DNA of 59,875 bases, counting the filler, from Sphacelaria rigidula (taxonomy: Eukaryota), in assembly GCA_964200075.2 (NCBI GenBank). It is 7 parts of 7 records of this genome, joined end to end, with 100 filler letters (N's around TTAATTAATTAA, not from the genome) between each part and the next. Parts side by side here need not be neighbours in the genome. Positions count along the whole stretch, not along the records: positions 8,571 to 17,039 come from CAXNAA020011037.1; positions 17,140 to 25,608 come from CAXNAA020011038.1; 5 more parts are not named here. One strand, 5' to 3'. Under the pieces are notes generated by a model, which ran no database searches, had not been told where the DNA came from, and was given only the letters and a program-made list of their open reading frames with translations. Below are positions 11,611-24,400 of the stretch, piece after piece. The position numbers and the translations under genes were made by a program. How positions within the stretch are numbered: the stretch's first letter is position 1; the number at the start of each line of letters is the position of its first letter.

Positions 11611-11969
11611 GTATGCACTAGTATTTTATCCGAGTGACCCAGCCCCCAACGTCCGGGTTGTTTCTGTTGAAAATTGGGTGACCAGCCATTATCCAGCTCC
11701 GGGTGAATCCCTCCGACCCTGCTGCATCCCTCAGTGGTACACACCGCCCGTCATTCTCTCTGCGTAGTCATCTTCCAGCATGCGACGTTGGGGGTTACCC
11801 CCCGAGCACTCACGTATTTTCACGCACACAAGTCCACCCCATCTGCCCATCTCCCCCGCGCGCGCTTTTCCCGTGTACTACTACCGCATTTATTGGCGTT
11901 GGATTTGGTTATCGTTCGCGCACGCATACAAAACAAAAAAAACTAGTTCTTATACGACGCGGCACAAAG

Positions 11970-12406
11970 TTCAACCGGCCAACCCCGAGGCGTATCAATC
12001 GCAAGCCATCATGTTCATGAAGGAGATGATAAAGCGCGCCATCGAAAAGCGAATCTGCGACTACAGCGACGAGTGCGAGTGGAGGCGACGCTCGGGAATG
12101 GAACCACTTCCACCTCCCACGGTGCGATCAAAATCTTCAGACAGCGAACGACCAGGGGACTTGGCAGGGGCGGGGACGGGCACCGACAAGCAAAATGGAG
12201 CTATGAACAGGGGCGTGGTTCACCAGAATGGTTCAGGTTCGGGTTCATCTGGTACCTCACGGGTGGCAGGTGGCGGTGGGGGAGGAAGGGAACGGGCCAG
12301 CAAAAAGGCGAAGACGAGTCACTCAGCCGCGGCTAATCCCTCGGGTATGGAAGATGAGAGGGGGGCGAATGTCATCGACCTTGTGGACGACAGTGACAAC
12401 GACTAG
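11970..12406 (+). CDS. Probable terminal exon of the RING gene, ending in SIM-like VIDLVDDSDND
   Basis: Coding-like frame QPANPEAYQSQAIMFMKEMIKRAIEKRICDYSDECEWRRR, Gly/Ser-rich linker, KKAK, TAG at 12404-12406; acceptor position uncertain. Confidence 0.6.
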
Positions 12407-12842
12407 GTAACTAGGCGGAAAGTAAACCATGAATCCATGTTTTTGTCTACAGGGTTTGATAGGATAGCGGGCGTGGCTGTAGAGGGAAAGTGCGTGCTCC
12501 TCGTTGATTTGCGGGTTGGAGAATCGTGGGATGGTATCACGTGGTACGCCCACCGTACTATGCCCAGTTACATGGTATAGTCTGATTCAATAGTTTAGCA
12601 TGATTTACCGTCCTCATACTCTGAAGACTGGTCCAGGACTGTGGGCCATAGCGGGATCCGCTCATGCCACTGGTCTGTATGTGTATAGGTGGTTTATTCG
12701 TGACTGGAGGGTCTGGTTTCGTTGGAAGCCGCTCATTGCGGTCTGACTTTCTTTCCAGGTCAACGGCGACTTTCTTCATCGTTCTTCATCTCATCTTCCG
12801 ACGAACTATTGGAAGCTTTTTAGTAGAACGCTTACAGTTTCA

Positions 12843-12944
12843 CCCTTATAGGGCGAGGGTAAATCACCTGCTGATTCGGCATCAATTTTCAGTTGAGAAA
12901 AGTATGCGCGATCCAGATGGACTACCCGCACCGCGGTCCAAGGG
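12843..12944. mobile_element. piggyBac-type MITE copy
   Basis: TTCA-CCCT...AGGG-TTAA with the family core. Confidence 0.75.
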
Positions 12945-13121
12945 TTAAGTTGCGACCGTTACACTCGCCACACATTGTATGAGCCGCGTTCACAGTAAGG
13001 CAGCATGTGCACGCGGATTCCCCCTGTGGCATATTTGTTCATGATAATTTTCACGATGGTGACCTGATGTGTAGAAAACATTTTTGATGTGTCTGGGGGA
13101 CTTCGCTTACAGAAAGGAACG

Positions 13122-13362
13122 ATGCACAAGTGCTGTAATAGGATCGAGGATGGGGCAGAAGAATCGTCCCGCCAGGGCACTGTGCCCGTCCCTAAGCCCA
13201 TTAGGCGTTCGGCTCAACGTCAGTCGTCAGTAGAGTACAGCATGCACAAGTGCTGTGATGGGATCGGGGATGGGGCAGAAAAATCGCCCCGCCAGGACAA
13301 TGTGCCCGTCCCTGAGCCCCATCAGGCGTTCGGCTCAGTGTCAGCTGTCAGTAGAGTACAGC
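13122..13362. repeat. Tandem duplication, about 120 bp x2
   Basis: ATGCACAAGTGCTGT...GTCAGTAGAGTACAGC twice. Confidence 0.9.
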
Positions 13363-13753
13363 ATTGAATCCTATTTGAGGGCATTGCGCCATTGCGTATG
13401 CCAGAGACCTTTCTACACTTCATGTGCCACACATTCTCAGTCTGTAGTACAGTGTTTTATGCGTCGTGGGCAAATTTGACGGAGCCTAATGCAGAAGCGG
13501 CTGGTTCGTCTATGTTTTCCCGCTGCTGCTGCTGCTGCAAAACCCCACCCGTCTCGTAGTGGATAGTGGGTACACCTGCACGGCAGTGAAGTAGCACGCA
13601 GTGCGTTTGAAATGGATGAGAGTCAGGGACGCATTGCCACCGATTTGGCGGCGTTGTGTTTGATGTACTGTATTGTAGTCTAGTGGCTCCGAACACACCA
13701 AAATTCGCTGACTGTTGGTGGGCATTCCTCGAAGCTCGACTCATCGTCCTCGA

Positions 13754-13850
13754 CCCCTTGGCCGCGGGGGTAGGTCACCTGGCTTATGCATCGGTTTTCC
13801 ACGTGATTTGATGCCGATTCAGCGAATGACCTATGCTGGCGGAGTTCATT
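13754..13850. mobile_element. piggyBac-type MITE copy, opposite orientation
   Basis: CCCCTTGGCCGCGGGGGTAGGTCACCTG...TGATGCCGATTCAGC. Confidence 0.65.
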
Positions 13851-14209
13851 ATTTGTTTTCGAAGTTTCCGTACATGGGTAGATCTGGTGAAAAAGTTGAT
13901 AGATGATTCCTCGACAAAACACAAGACAGTACAAGGGTATTACGGCACATGCTATAATAGATGTAGGAATGAACAGATATACACGGGCTGCGGTGGTGTA
14001 GTTTTCAAACAGTGAGCGCACATCACATAACGTGCCGCTGGTGGTGGTCTTACTGGTTTGCTGCTGCTGCTGATGATGATCATCTCTCACAACTAAAAAG
14101 GCACCACCCAACCCGTGAAGGGTGAAATACAACGTAAGTACATTCGTACAAGCACGAGGTCCGCTCATATTGAACTTTACGACTCCGCCGTAGTGTGGTT
14201 CACTATGTT

Positions 14210-16620
14210 ATGTACCTGGCGCGTTTGTCACCAGCTATATACACTTGCTCGGCACTGCTACATCATGGAACCACATTGTCGTCCTTTACGCACGGCGAAA
14301 GAGTTTCACCACAGCCAGTACAGGTGTCGATGGGCAACATACGCTGTGCCTGTCCTCCCGTCCGAATGTCGCCCGTTTCATCGAAAATTCTGCCAGCAGA
14401 CAGCTGCGCTTTCGCAGCACAGTAGAAAAACATCGCAAGAGGAAAGAAGCGGAACGCATCTTCCGGCAATCGAACCCCCGTTGTCATCCATAACATGCAT
14501 GACACTACTTTGTTCGAGTGCCGAAGTGAAGGGGGAGGCTCTTCGAGCGACGTCGTGGTGTTGTCAAGACGTCATGTTTCAGGACATAAGGGCGACTTTG
14601 TAACGAACGCATGTTCCGGTAAATAATCGATACCATTGTAAACCCCATACAAAGGCTTCCTTCCACCTCTAGAAGCGATCTGCTGTAGAACTCAACTTGG
14701 ATACCGTACACAACGATGAACTGTGCATGATACCGCAAACCATATCATGTGACCCATGATATGCCAAATCTGAGAAGGAGTTTGGAAAGTAAGAGGATCG
14801 AAGCATTTGAATGGAAATCCAAGTAATCCGATAGACGACTGATTCGCCACCCTCAACTTGGCAAATGAAGTGTACAAGTACCTTGAGATCACCTGCTATC
14901 AGATTATTCCTCTAGAGCTCATGGTGGAACCTCCTCTACCTTGATGGTCTGAACAACCCCACCTTCTGGTCAGAGTCACCTAGGTCTCACCAGCACCGCA
15001 GGACGGAAATGCAACGCACGATGGACAAGTGATGTCAGTCTTCCTCGCGATATCCAAACAACGCCTGGTTATGAGGATTTCATGACTGCAAACTCGATAG
15101 CACCAAAACGACGGCCACCCAGGCCATACGCGACTCAAATGAAGCCTCTTGGTGCTCACCACCTACTGGCTGGACAAGAAGCTATCCTTCGGCAACCACT
15201 TTTCTGGCGTCTTGTCCCCAACAATCTAGAGCGATGATTCAGGGCCAGGTGTTCAGGTAAGCCCCTGATCTTTCTAGATATGCCTCAAGCCCACGTGCCC
15301 CGCTGTGTGCGACAAGCAAGAGCAATTGCTTGCCCGCAATTCCAGGTCCACGCCTTCCAACAAGCGTGTGCTTGGAGTTTACGATGAAACCACACCCGCG
15401 AGAGGACCACTGAAACGCGTACCTCATGCGTTGGTCTCTGTTGCCCCGTCGTACTCCTACTGGCTGCGCCCATGCTCTTCTGTAAGGTGAACGTGTCAAA
15501 ACATGCCGGAAACGGAGAAGGAACCTGAACCGCATCAGGTTGTACACATTTACCCTGTTCCTCTCGCCACACATGAGGATATCCATGTAGCCTGCCGGGT
15601 GGCCTGTCGCGTTTACAGTATAAGGAATCTACTACTCTGCTGCGCAAAGCATGCATTATTTTGCACCGTTAGACTCCTGGTCTCCCAGCATCTATTCGCG
15701 AAACTTCCCCCCCCGTGCTCAATTGTTGTTGCTGCAGGCCGGCTTCCTCTTGCAACTTCCGCTTTTCTTCCATTTCCTTGACGAAATCTCTCCGGAGGAA
15801 CATCAGCCCTGAAGCGATGAAAGTGATGATGCAAAATGGGCGGGAAAGTATTCGAGAAGTCGGAGAGAAATGTTACAAGACGGAACTGGACATGCGCTCA
15901 ACATCGTGTATTCCCGCCACTAGGCATGACAGGTGCCAAGGCTACTTCCTGCTGCACGGAAAAAAGGAGGTTCGGCAGTGTCCCGCTGTTGTCCCTTCCG
16001 GGCCCCAGGGCGTTGGTGCTATAAATGTAATGGTCACGGCATTTTCCCATGTCCGGGTGTTGCTCACCAATCACATCATCACAGGGCAGAAGCATCATGC
16101 GAGTCACCAAGAATGGGCATTTTTTCGCTCATTCAGCAAAAGTGTGCTGAGGGGAAGGAGCGACGTATACCCTATACAGTACTACAGTTCAGTACTCTTC
16201 TCCCAGCGAAAAATGAGAAGCATGTAGTGCGTGCATCTTCTGAGGCCTTTGGGGGTAGAAATGACTCAACGATTTAAGTTCCAGGATCGTTTTGGGATAG
16301 TTGCATTCGCTTACCGTCCAGGGGTTTCAATGTCAGCAAATACTTTCCAGATCACTTGTGTATGTTTTCCCCAAAACATTCATGTACGTGTGGCAGCAGG
16401 TCCGAAGAGGGGTGAGGTGACCGTTTTGATAGTTATGATTGGTGGCGTAGTCCACCAAGTTCCTCTACTGTACAAATCGCCCAATATTGCCCACCTCAAG
16501 GTGAAGCTGTACTTCACCATTCGATTCATCAACCATAAGAAACCCAAATAGAGAGTGATTTTTGCTCTTTGCATCATAATCTTCGCTACGTGCCACCTCT
16601 TGTGTTGTCAAGAGCCGCGC
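14210..16620 (-). pseudogene. Decayed intron-containing gene, probably a Mutator/FAR1-like transposase
   Basis: Coding-like minus frames with stops and frameshifts; KVVSCMLWMT..FRFFPLAMFFYCAAKA resembles the FAR1/MULE vFW...F.dv.fD.ty segment; QVYIAGDK resembles the iitDgD segment; GTAAGC donor near 16314. Confidence 0.35.
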
Positions 16621-17039
16621 ACAGCTGTTGATAACACTGAGTAGAGATGACCTGTGTCTACTGTACAGTGTACAGTGGAGAGTAAGATGATTGTACTACA
16701 GGGTGGCCCTGTATAGTGCGGGTTATATTGTGCGCCTGCCTGGTTTAATGCGGCTGAAATCGATTGTCACAGACGGAACCCGGTTTAGTGCGGGTGTCGC
16801 ACTATTAGGGGCACCGTCTAGTTTAGTGCGTATTTCGACCATTGTGAGACCTACATAGTGCGGGTCCCCGGCTGCAAAGGCTGTAAAACACGCACAGTTC
16901 ACACGTTTCCCCCGCACATACAGCAGTACAGTACTGCTGTACCCCTACCTAGTGTCCTCTCTCCGAGAAAAAAAAAAATGTGCGCGCGTTCCTTGGGGTC
17001 TTGTTTCCGTCTTTCATTCTTGACACATTTTCTTCTTCG

Positions 17040-17139
17040 NNNNNNNNNNNNNNNNNNNNNNNNNNNNNNNNNNNNNNNNNNNNTTAATTAATTAANNNNN
17101 NNNNNNNNNNNNNNNNNNNNNNNNNNNNNNNNNNNNNNN
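17040..17139. other. Artificial contig linker
   Basis: N44-TTAATTAATTAA-N44. Confidence 0.99.
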
Positions 17140-17960
17140 CCATCCTCCGACCCTTTCACTTGGTACTGACCATTTGGGACCTGGAAGTGAAGCGTGACCG
17201 CCCCGATACAGCACTGTCGGTGCCGGTATGTTACTACCAACTATAACCCGATTCTTACTGCAGGGGGGTGATATCCAGAGCAGCGTTCGCCCTGTGCAAG
17301 TGGTGGCAGCCCTTCGAAGATCAAGATCGGATATGTGGACCCCCCGCCCGCCCGCCCCCCAAATGTTGGCGTAATATCGAGGATGTACAGAAGTGTTGAA
17401 CTGGCCTGTTCTTGTGCCCGAGAGGGAGGTTGTGTGTGTGGTGCTGTTTTGTCTTCTGCCTCCCAACCCCTCCACCGTCTCGGGGCGTGATGTTAAGAAG
17501 CAGCTTGTGCGACCTACTAGTCCTTGGATCAGCGTGGCACCTTCGTGCTTGTACTGTGTTCGTTGTTAGTCATCCACATCAGGTGTATCCATTCACCACT
17601 TGACTTAAGTAGAGGTCAGCATGGGTAAACGATCTTAGTTGCCACCCGTTTCTTCAGCCATTACAAATGACTGATCATGGTTGATGACGGAAAAATTACT
17701 GTCGGGAAAAAGGTTTTTTTATGGCCATTGGTCCGGGGGAAAAATGTGAAATGGGTGACCTTGGATGGGAACGTTCTGTTTTGCGTCACTCTTCCTTGCA
17801 CCGCATGCAGCCCTGTAGGAAGCAGCTATCTCAGAAACAGCTCCGGTGATTCGTGTGACGTGTTCGAATTACGTCTTACCAAAAAATCGTGTAACTGGCC
17901 AGAGAAACCATTGTCCCGTCCGATGTGCGCATGTTTTCTTACGTTGGAAGTTATCCTTGA

Positions 17961-18059
17961 CCCTTGGACCGCGAGGGTAGGTTACCTGCTGAGCGGACAT
18001 CAATATTCACTTTGAAAAGGATCATGATCCAGATAGACTACCGCACCGATGTCGAAGGA
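17961..18059. mobile_element. piggyBac-type MITE copy
   Basis: TTGA-CCCTTGGACCGCGAGGGTAG...CATGATCCAGATAGACTACC. Confidence 0.65.
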
Positions 18060-18488
18060 TTATATTGGGATCACTTTTGTCGTCGATGCGTTGTCGGCCC
18101 CTCTTCTGCAAAGAGGGTTCCGAATTCGTCACGTGAAGGAAGGGGGGGTATAAAATGAATCGACGGTTCGGACGAATCATCGCCAGTTCGAATCACCAAA
18201 TCCACGATTCTTCAGTCCTGATTGTTCGAAAGAGGGGAAAAAAATGACCGCTGGTCCAAAAGGTCCCCACGCAATTTTTGCGTCATTTCGGTTGCCTGGG
18301 CAGCGCGTACTGGGTGCGACGCTGAAAATAAAGCCTAGGGATTGATTCGTACGGTACGGACCAATTACACTAAAATTAAGTAATTTTCAGGCGATTCGTT
18401 AATTCGTCTGACCCTTGAAAACGCCCAAATTCTTTGCCTTGTCTTGTTTGTTTGGCCATTATTTTTTCTTTTATCCTGGCATGGGCAG

Positions 18489-21400
18489 ATCGTAAACGAC
18501 AACATGCAGTACGCCAAGGTGGTGGTGCGCATGGGAGTGAGGACGGAGTGCAAGAACTGCGACTTCAGCGACATCATAGAGGACGAAGATGTAGGCATAC
18601 ATATGTACATATGGCTTGACTGATTATCTCACATTAGCTGACTGCAACAATCCAGCCCATGGTCAGGAGCAGCAAAAGTAAAACAGAAGAATAAAAAATC
18701 CAAAAAGAAAGAAAAAAAGGAACAGAGAGAAAAAACGAAGCAGCGACAAAAACAACAACTTATAGTGATTGATTGTCGCACTTGGACTGACCCCCCAGGG
18801 ATACAGCCGTGGTCAATGATGACGTACCCCAAGAAAAAACAAAATTGAAACACTCGCTGAAGACGAAGAAGGAACGGAAAAAGTCGAACATAACGACATT
18901 GTAGACTAAGACGTGAATACATATGTATATATATATATATATAAGTCCTCAAGTTTGTGTTCTGTACCTGGGGTATACCTTGGGTGGGGGATTTGTGGTT
19001 GGCATACTAAACCGCTACGAAATGTGTACCGAACATTCTGGTATGATCTGATACGGTGTTGATTCTTGTCCCGAACAATTCCGTATGGTTTCAAAAGGTA
19101 TCTGAAGATGAAATACCTCATTTGCACTTGTCCATACCCTGGACAACACATGGTCAAAAGAATCAATAGACCAAAAATGTACCAGATTCAAGTTTAGGTC
19201 TATTGCAACTTTTGTCGATCGACAAGAGTTGGAATAGGCTTGTACCTCACCCAGTGCATGTTTCGGTCTATTGCATCTATTGACCATATTTTGTAGAGGG
19301 TGTGCACAAGTGTAACTAGTCGAATGTCAGTCAGTATACCCTACAGAACACAGCCTTGCAAATCTGTATGGGTTGTGTACGATGTTGCCTGTATATATTT
19401 ATTATTATTATATATTTATTTGTGCCAAGAAATCTTCACGTCTGTGTTGGTAACCCTTGAACCGCGAGATTAGTCTTTCTGGATCATGCATACTTTGTTT
19501 CACTTGAAATTGATGCCGATTCAACAGAGGACTAACTTCGCGGTCTGAGGGTTAACCGCGTGTTAATATTTGGAGAATGCTCATTCGTCACAGAAATCTT
19601 ATGCCGACCACTTTTTTCGTTTTGAGATGCTAAATTTGTGCTTTTGTTCCGTCCTTGCAGGTGATACATGATTTGAAGGAAGCGGCGGAGATATCGATGG
19701 GGACCGAAATCACAATAGTGGACATTATTAATATCAAGGCGCTAGCCGATCAGGCAAGAATAACATTAGGGTGGAAGTGTTCCGAAAAATGACCCACGTT
19801 TATCATTATTTTCTGTATGAGTAGGTGTGGTTCGGGTGGACGTGTTTGGGTGATGTTTTGTTCATTTGTGTCGCTCCGCAAGTGATCGTCACATGCTGAT
19901 CGCGAGCTGTGTCTGTCTTTCTTAGCAGTGTGCACGCGAGTGCTCGAGTGTAGATTTCCGATATGACTTGTTCTGACGATAGCTTGTTTCAAGTACCCCC
20001 CTTCCCTTTCCTTGTTCCCACTTTTTTCGTTTTTCATTTTGCTTTTTTTCTCGAGTTTCTTTTCGGCGAGTGAGACCGTTCCCATTCCCGTTTTCTTTTC
20101 ACGTCAGACTATGTAGTGGCGTCGGTTGAATTCCTACCGGATCAGTTGTGGCAGCCTGCAACAGAAAATAAGGCCATTATTTAGTGTGTACCTTCAGATA
20201 CTGAATCTGATGCTCCCCTAATACGCTCAAACTCAATTATCTGTTTTTTTGTCGGCATCCCCACCTACTTCATTTATTTTTTGCTGCTGCTACTCCCTTC
20301 CTGAAAAACCTCCATCAAAACCGTTTATCATCACACAGTTAATCCCGTCCCCATGTCTACCGTCATCATCCAGTGTCATATCCGTCCTCGCCATAATTGT
20401 GCTCCGGTGATGCGTACTTCCCCTGGAATTGAACCGTACCTCTCTTTTTTTTTTTCTTGTTCACAGGTGGTTGCCCTGTCCGAGTATCGCCTGCAGCTCG
20501 CAGACTACCTTCGTAGCCGTATGCAGGCCATCGCGCCGAACCTGACCATCATGGTGGGCGAGCTGGTCGGAGCGCGTCTCATCGCCCACGCGGGGTCGTT
20601 GATTAACCTGGCTAAGCAGCCCGCGTCCACGGTTCAGATCTTGGGGGCTGAGAAGGCTCTGTTCCGCGCACTGAAGACTAAAGTGCGTTAATGTCTCGTG
20701 TGTTTGCCGACGAGCCATCCTCTTTGTTCGCTGTTGATCTATGTAGTGTCCTCATCGAGATACTCGACAAGTCTAGGGTTTTTATTTCTCAAAACCTCGA
20801 GCATATAACACCTATAGATGACGAACTCATATTGATAACACCAAAACCCAATGATAAAAAAATGTGTTTGGCAGGTCGGGAGCCTGCGTCTCGCAAGGTT
20901 TTTGTCCTCGCATGCTTCGACCATTCGTTGGCATTGATACATTGTTTCGTCCGAAATCAATATTTACGTATTTCACGGTTTTGCAGCCTAATGCATGCCC
21001 TCGTATCTACAGCTGAAGTGACCGTCGCGATCAAGCTTCCTTGCTTTTTTTGTGTCCTCTTTCCCTCCTCTCCGCCGTTTTGCTGGCTATCCCCAGCCCA
21101 ATGAATCCATGGGTACGATCAGACACCCTCGGGTTTTTTTTTGTGCGATTGCTTCCGTCTGTCACTTCAATGTTGACCAGCCTGCTGTCACGACGTAACC
21201 CTCTTGTGCGTTCATGTCCACTTCCACCTGCCACCCCATTTGTAGCTGAATCATGCCACTGTTCCGTTCAACCCCTGTCGTTCTCGTCTTTCCCCCCCTT
21301 CACCTCCCACGTCGTTTGTGCGCGCCCCCCAACCGCCCTTGACACGTGTGATTGTATCAACAATGGAACTTGAATGGTATCAACACAGCACGATACTCCG

Positions 21401-24400
21401 AAGTACGGTCTGATCTACCACGCCAGCCTCATCGGCCAGGCGGCTCCGAAAAGTAAGGGAAAGATTTCCCGCGTGCTGGCGGCAAAGTGTGCTTTGGCGA
21501 TCCGAGTGGACGCCCTTGCTGACGACACCGATACCAGCATTGGCCTGGACAGCCGGGCTAAGGTGTGTATGTGTACGTGTATTTGTCCGGTCCGGTACGG
21601 CACATATTTGTTTGTCTTTCACGTGCCGCACACAAGAGAGTGAGAACAAATGTAAGAACTGTTCTGGTTACGTCCGGTATGATCCGGTATACGCTTGTTG
21701 GTCATTTGCGTGCCGCACACCAAAAAGGGACCTCATGGCGAAACTGTTCACGTCCGGTCTCGTCCGGTCCGGTACGCACTTGTGTGCCTTTCACGTGTCA
21801 CATACGAAACAAAAATAAAAAATGGAATGGAAAAACTGTTCCCGCTGAATTGTGTTTTCAAGTAGCTTGTAATCGTCCTATTGATGGTGTGCTGGTAAAG
21901 CTGGTGACGAGATATGGAGCACGGTACTGCTTTGTGCTGTGCTCATTCATTCCATCTTTTTATAGGCTGCTGTTGTTCTACCGTTTTACACTGTTTCTGT
22001 GAAGCCGCCACTTCAGGGTCCGCCCTGTGAAAGTGGTCTGGTCCGTGCCACCGTCAAACCTCTATTTCAATAGGCGTTGCTGGTAAATTTGATCATTTTG
22101 TCGTTGGGTTGACCACGTCCCCTTTTTTTTTTCAATTTTCGTTGAAAATAAACACTAGAAATCGTGGCTGCTGGACGCAGGGATGGGGACCTGAAAAAGC
22201 AGGGACTCCTCGTGAGTTTTTCAATTTCTACTCCAGAGAGTTGACGGTTGAGGAAAAAATAGAAAACATTTCGCACCGTGTTGAGTGCCTCTTCATTTTC
22301 AACAAAATGAAAAACCCAAGTATCTTGAGGAGTTTATATGGTGCGCGGGCAGCATTTGCCAGCAGAAACACGGAAATATCCTTGAACATGATTTTGCCAT
22401 GTTGACCCCCGGCGCGGACGGATGTAGGTGGAGATGCGTCTTCGGCAACTGGATGGCGGTGCGCGATTGGCGGAGGCAGGACCAAAGACGCCCACTCAGG
22501 TATGTGACCTCGGAACAAAATGCCGTGGCAACACCCTTTTTATGTTTGCAGCAGCATCATCTCGTTCCGATAGTACCAGTGTCGAGGGTTTTGTTTTTGT
22601 CAAAGTCGAAACGCAAAGACTGTCGGAAAAAGAGATGATCCTTCTTCAAAAGGCGGGAACATTATTTTTCGGTGATTCTTTCATCGGTGTTCTGAGCGCG
22701 ACTAGCTGTCGAGAAAAAAGAGTTGGAAAAAAATGGTATCGGGGGTGTCCTACAGTAGATACAAGATTGAGCGTGGTGGTGGTCCCTACGCGCTGATGGG
22801 TGTATTGGAGGCGATTTGAAAATACAAGATTTAGGAATCATGTATGTTACTCTCAGTGTATTTGTCTTGTGTATATATCACGGAATGTATTACTCTATTT
22901 TTCGTTTTTCGCGCCTGTGTGATTTTTTCTGCGTCCGATTATTAGTTTTTTTTTCGATTTCCTTGTACCTTATTTGGGCAGTTAGCATGTGATCACGGAA
23001 GGCGTCGGCATGAGATGCTTGGCACAGGGTACTGGGCGCAGGTATCGTAATGTTCTTTTCAGTGTGAAGGGCACAACAACGATCGAGCTCAGGGTTTACT
23101 GCCATTATTTTTTGCGCAAGGCGTGTACCGCACAAGGAGAGGGGTGGCTTGATCTCTCTTTGCCATGGACTCGTCTCGAGGAAGAAGACGGGTTTCACCC
23201 TGGACAACGGCAATATATGGTCAATAGATGCAACAGACAAAATATGTGCTGGATAAAGTGTAGACCTATTGCAACTGTTGTCCGTAAATGGTTGCAATAG
23301 GCCTGTACTTCATTCAGCGCATATTTTGTCTATTGCATCTAATGACCATATATTGCCATTGTCCAGGGTGTAAATAGGTTTGAAAGTGTGACGAGAAACG
23401 AAAAAAAAGCCGAGAGTGAAGTTTTCCGTGTCTTGAGATCATTTACGAATGTCGCGGCATCGAAAAATGAATACGCGGGCGGTTTTCACTGGTATTTTTT
23501 TGCCTTTTGAACCTCTCAACGGCGAGAGTAGGCCATGTTTTGAATCAGCATCAATTTCACTTGAACCAAGTACAGTATCCGTGATCGAGATGATCACCCC
23601 TTGAGATTCAAATGTTTATTCTTGTTTTTCAGATGGACGAATGCTGCTGCGGTGGTGGTTGGAGAAAAGAGAGCTCTGTGCAGTGAGGGTGAACTATCGG
23701 CAGAAAATATTCCACACGTCGGACGAGCACGAGTGTGACTCGTGGAACTCGCACCCGTTGGGCTGCTCGTTGTTGGAAAAAATAATGGGGCGAGCACTCG
23801 AGTCATCGCTCGTTGTAAAAAAAAGTTATTACTCGAGCGCACGAGTCACTGCTCGTTGTGAAAAAAAAGTCATGGCTCGAGCACACTAGTCGTTGCTCAT
23901 TGTGTTTTGAAAAAACATGCAAAGTGCACTCGTTCCTACGAGTAATGACTCGTCCGACGTGCGATATAGTCGCACAGATGTGCTTGTTTTGGATTTCTTC
24001 CCTATCTTCCTTTTCCAATCCCATCCTTGATATTTTTCCGTCAACAACACTTAGGTGAAGAAGTACGACTCAAAGGCAGCATTGGCGGTGACACCTAAGG
24101 CGTACAGCGCAGGGGAAGATATGGTGCAGGTTAAAGAGGTGAGGAATGTCGCGTCAAGAGCTTGAAGCCCATTTCGTAGAGGTCATGCTCCAATGCTCGT
24201 CAACAGTCGCTTTGATGGGATCCCCCCGTCGCACGTACATCTCAATGGGTTTGTTGTTTCCTCTGGAAATGACGGGACTCTATCGCATCGTCCTTTATAT
24301 ACTTGTCGCCATATACCCCTACAGGGACGATGGGGGTGGGGGGGAGATGTCAGAGTGTGGGCTCGCTTATGCTGGATTTGTTTGTTTTGAATGAGTATAC

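Noticed and set aside
18765..18860. Box C/D snoRNA candidate in a NOP58 intron (GTGATTGA, CTGA, ATGATGA, CTGA)
   Set aside because: Overlaps a degenerate reverse-complement copy of the SINE-like end at 1-60, has no terminal stem and no rRNA complementarity I can recognise; snoscan/Infernal would settle it
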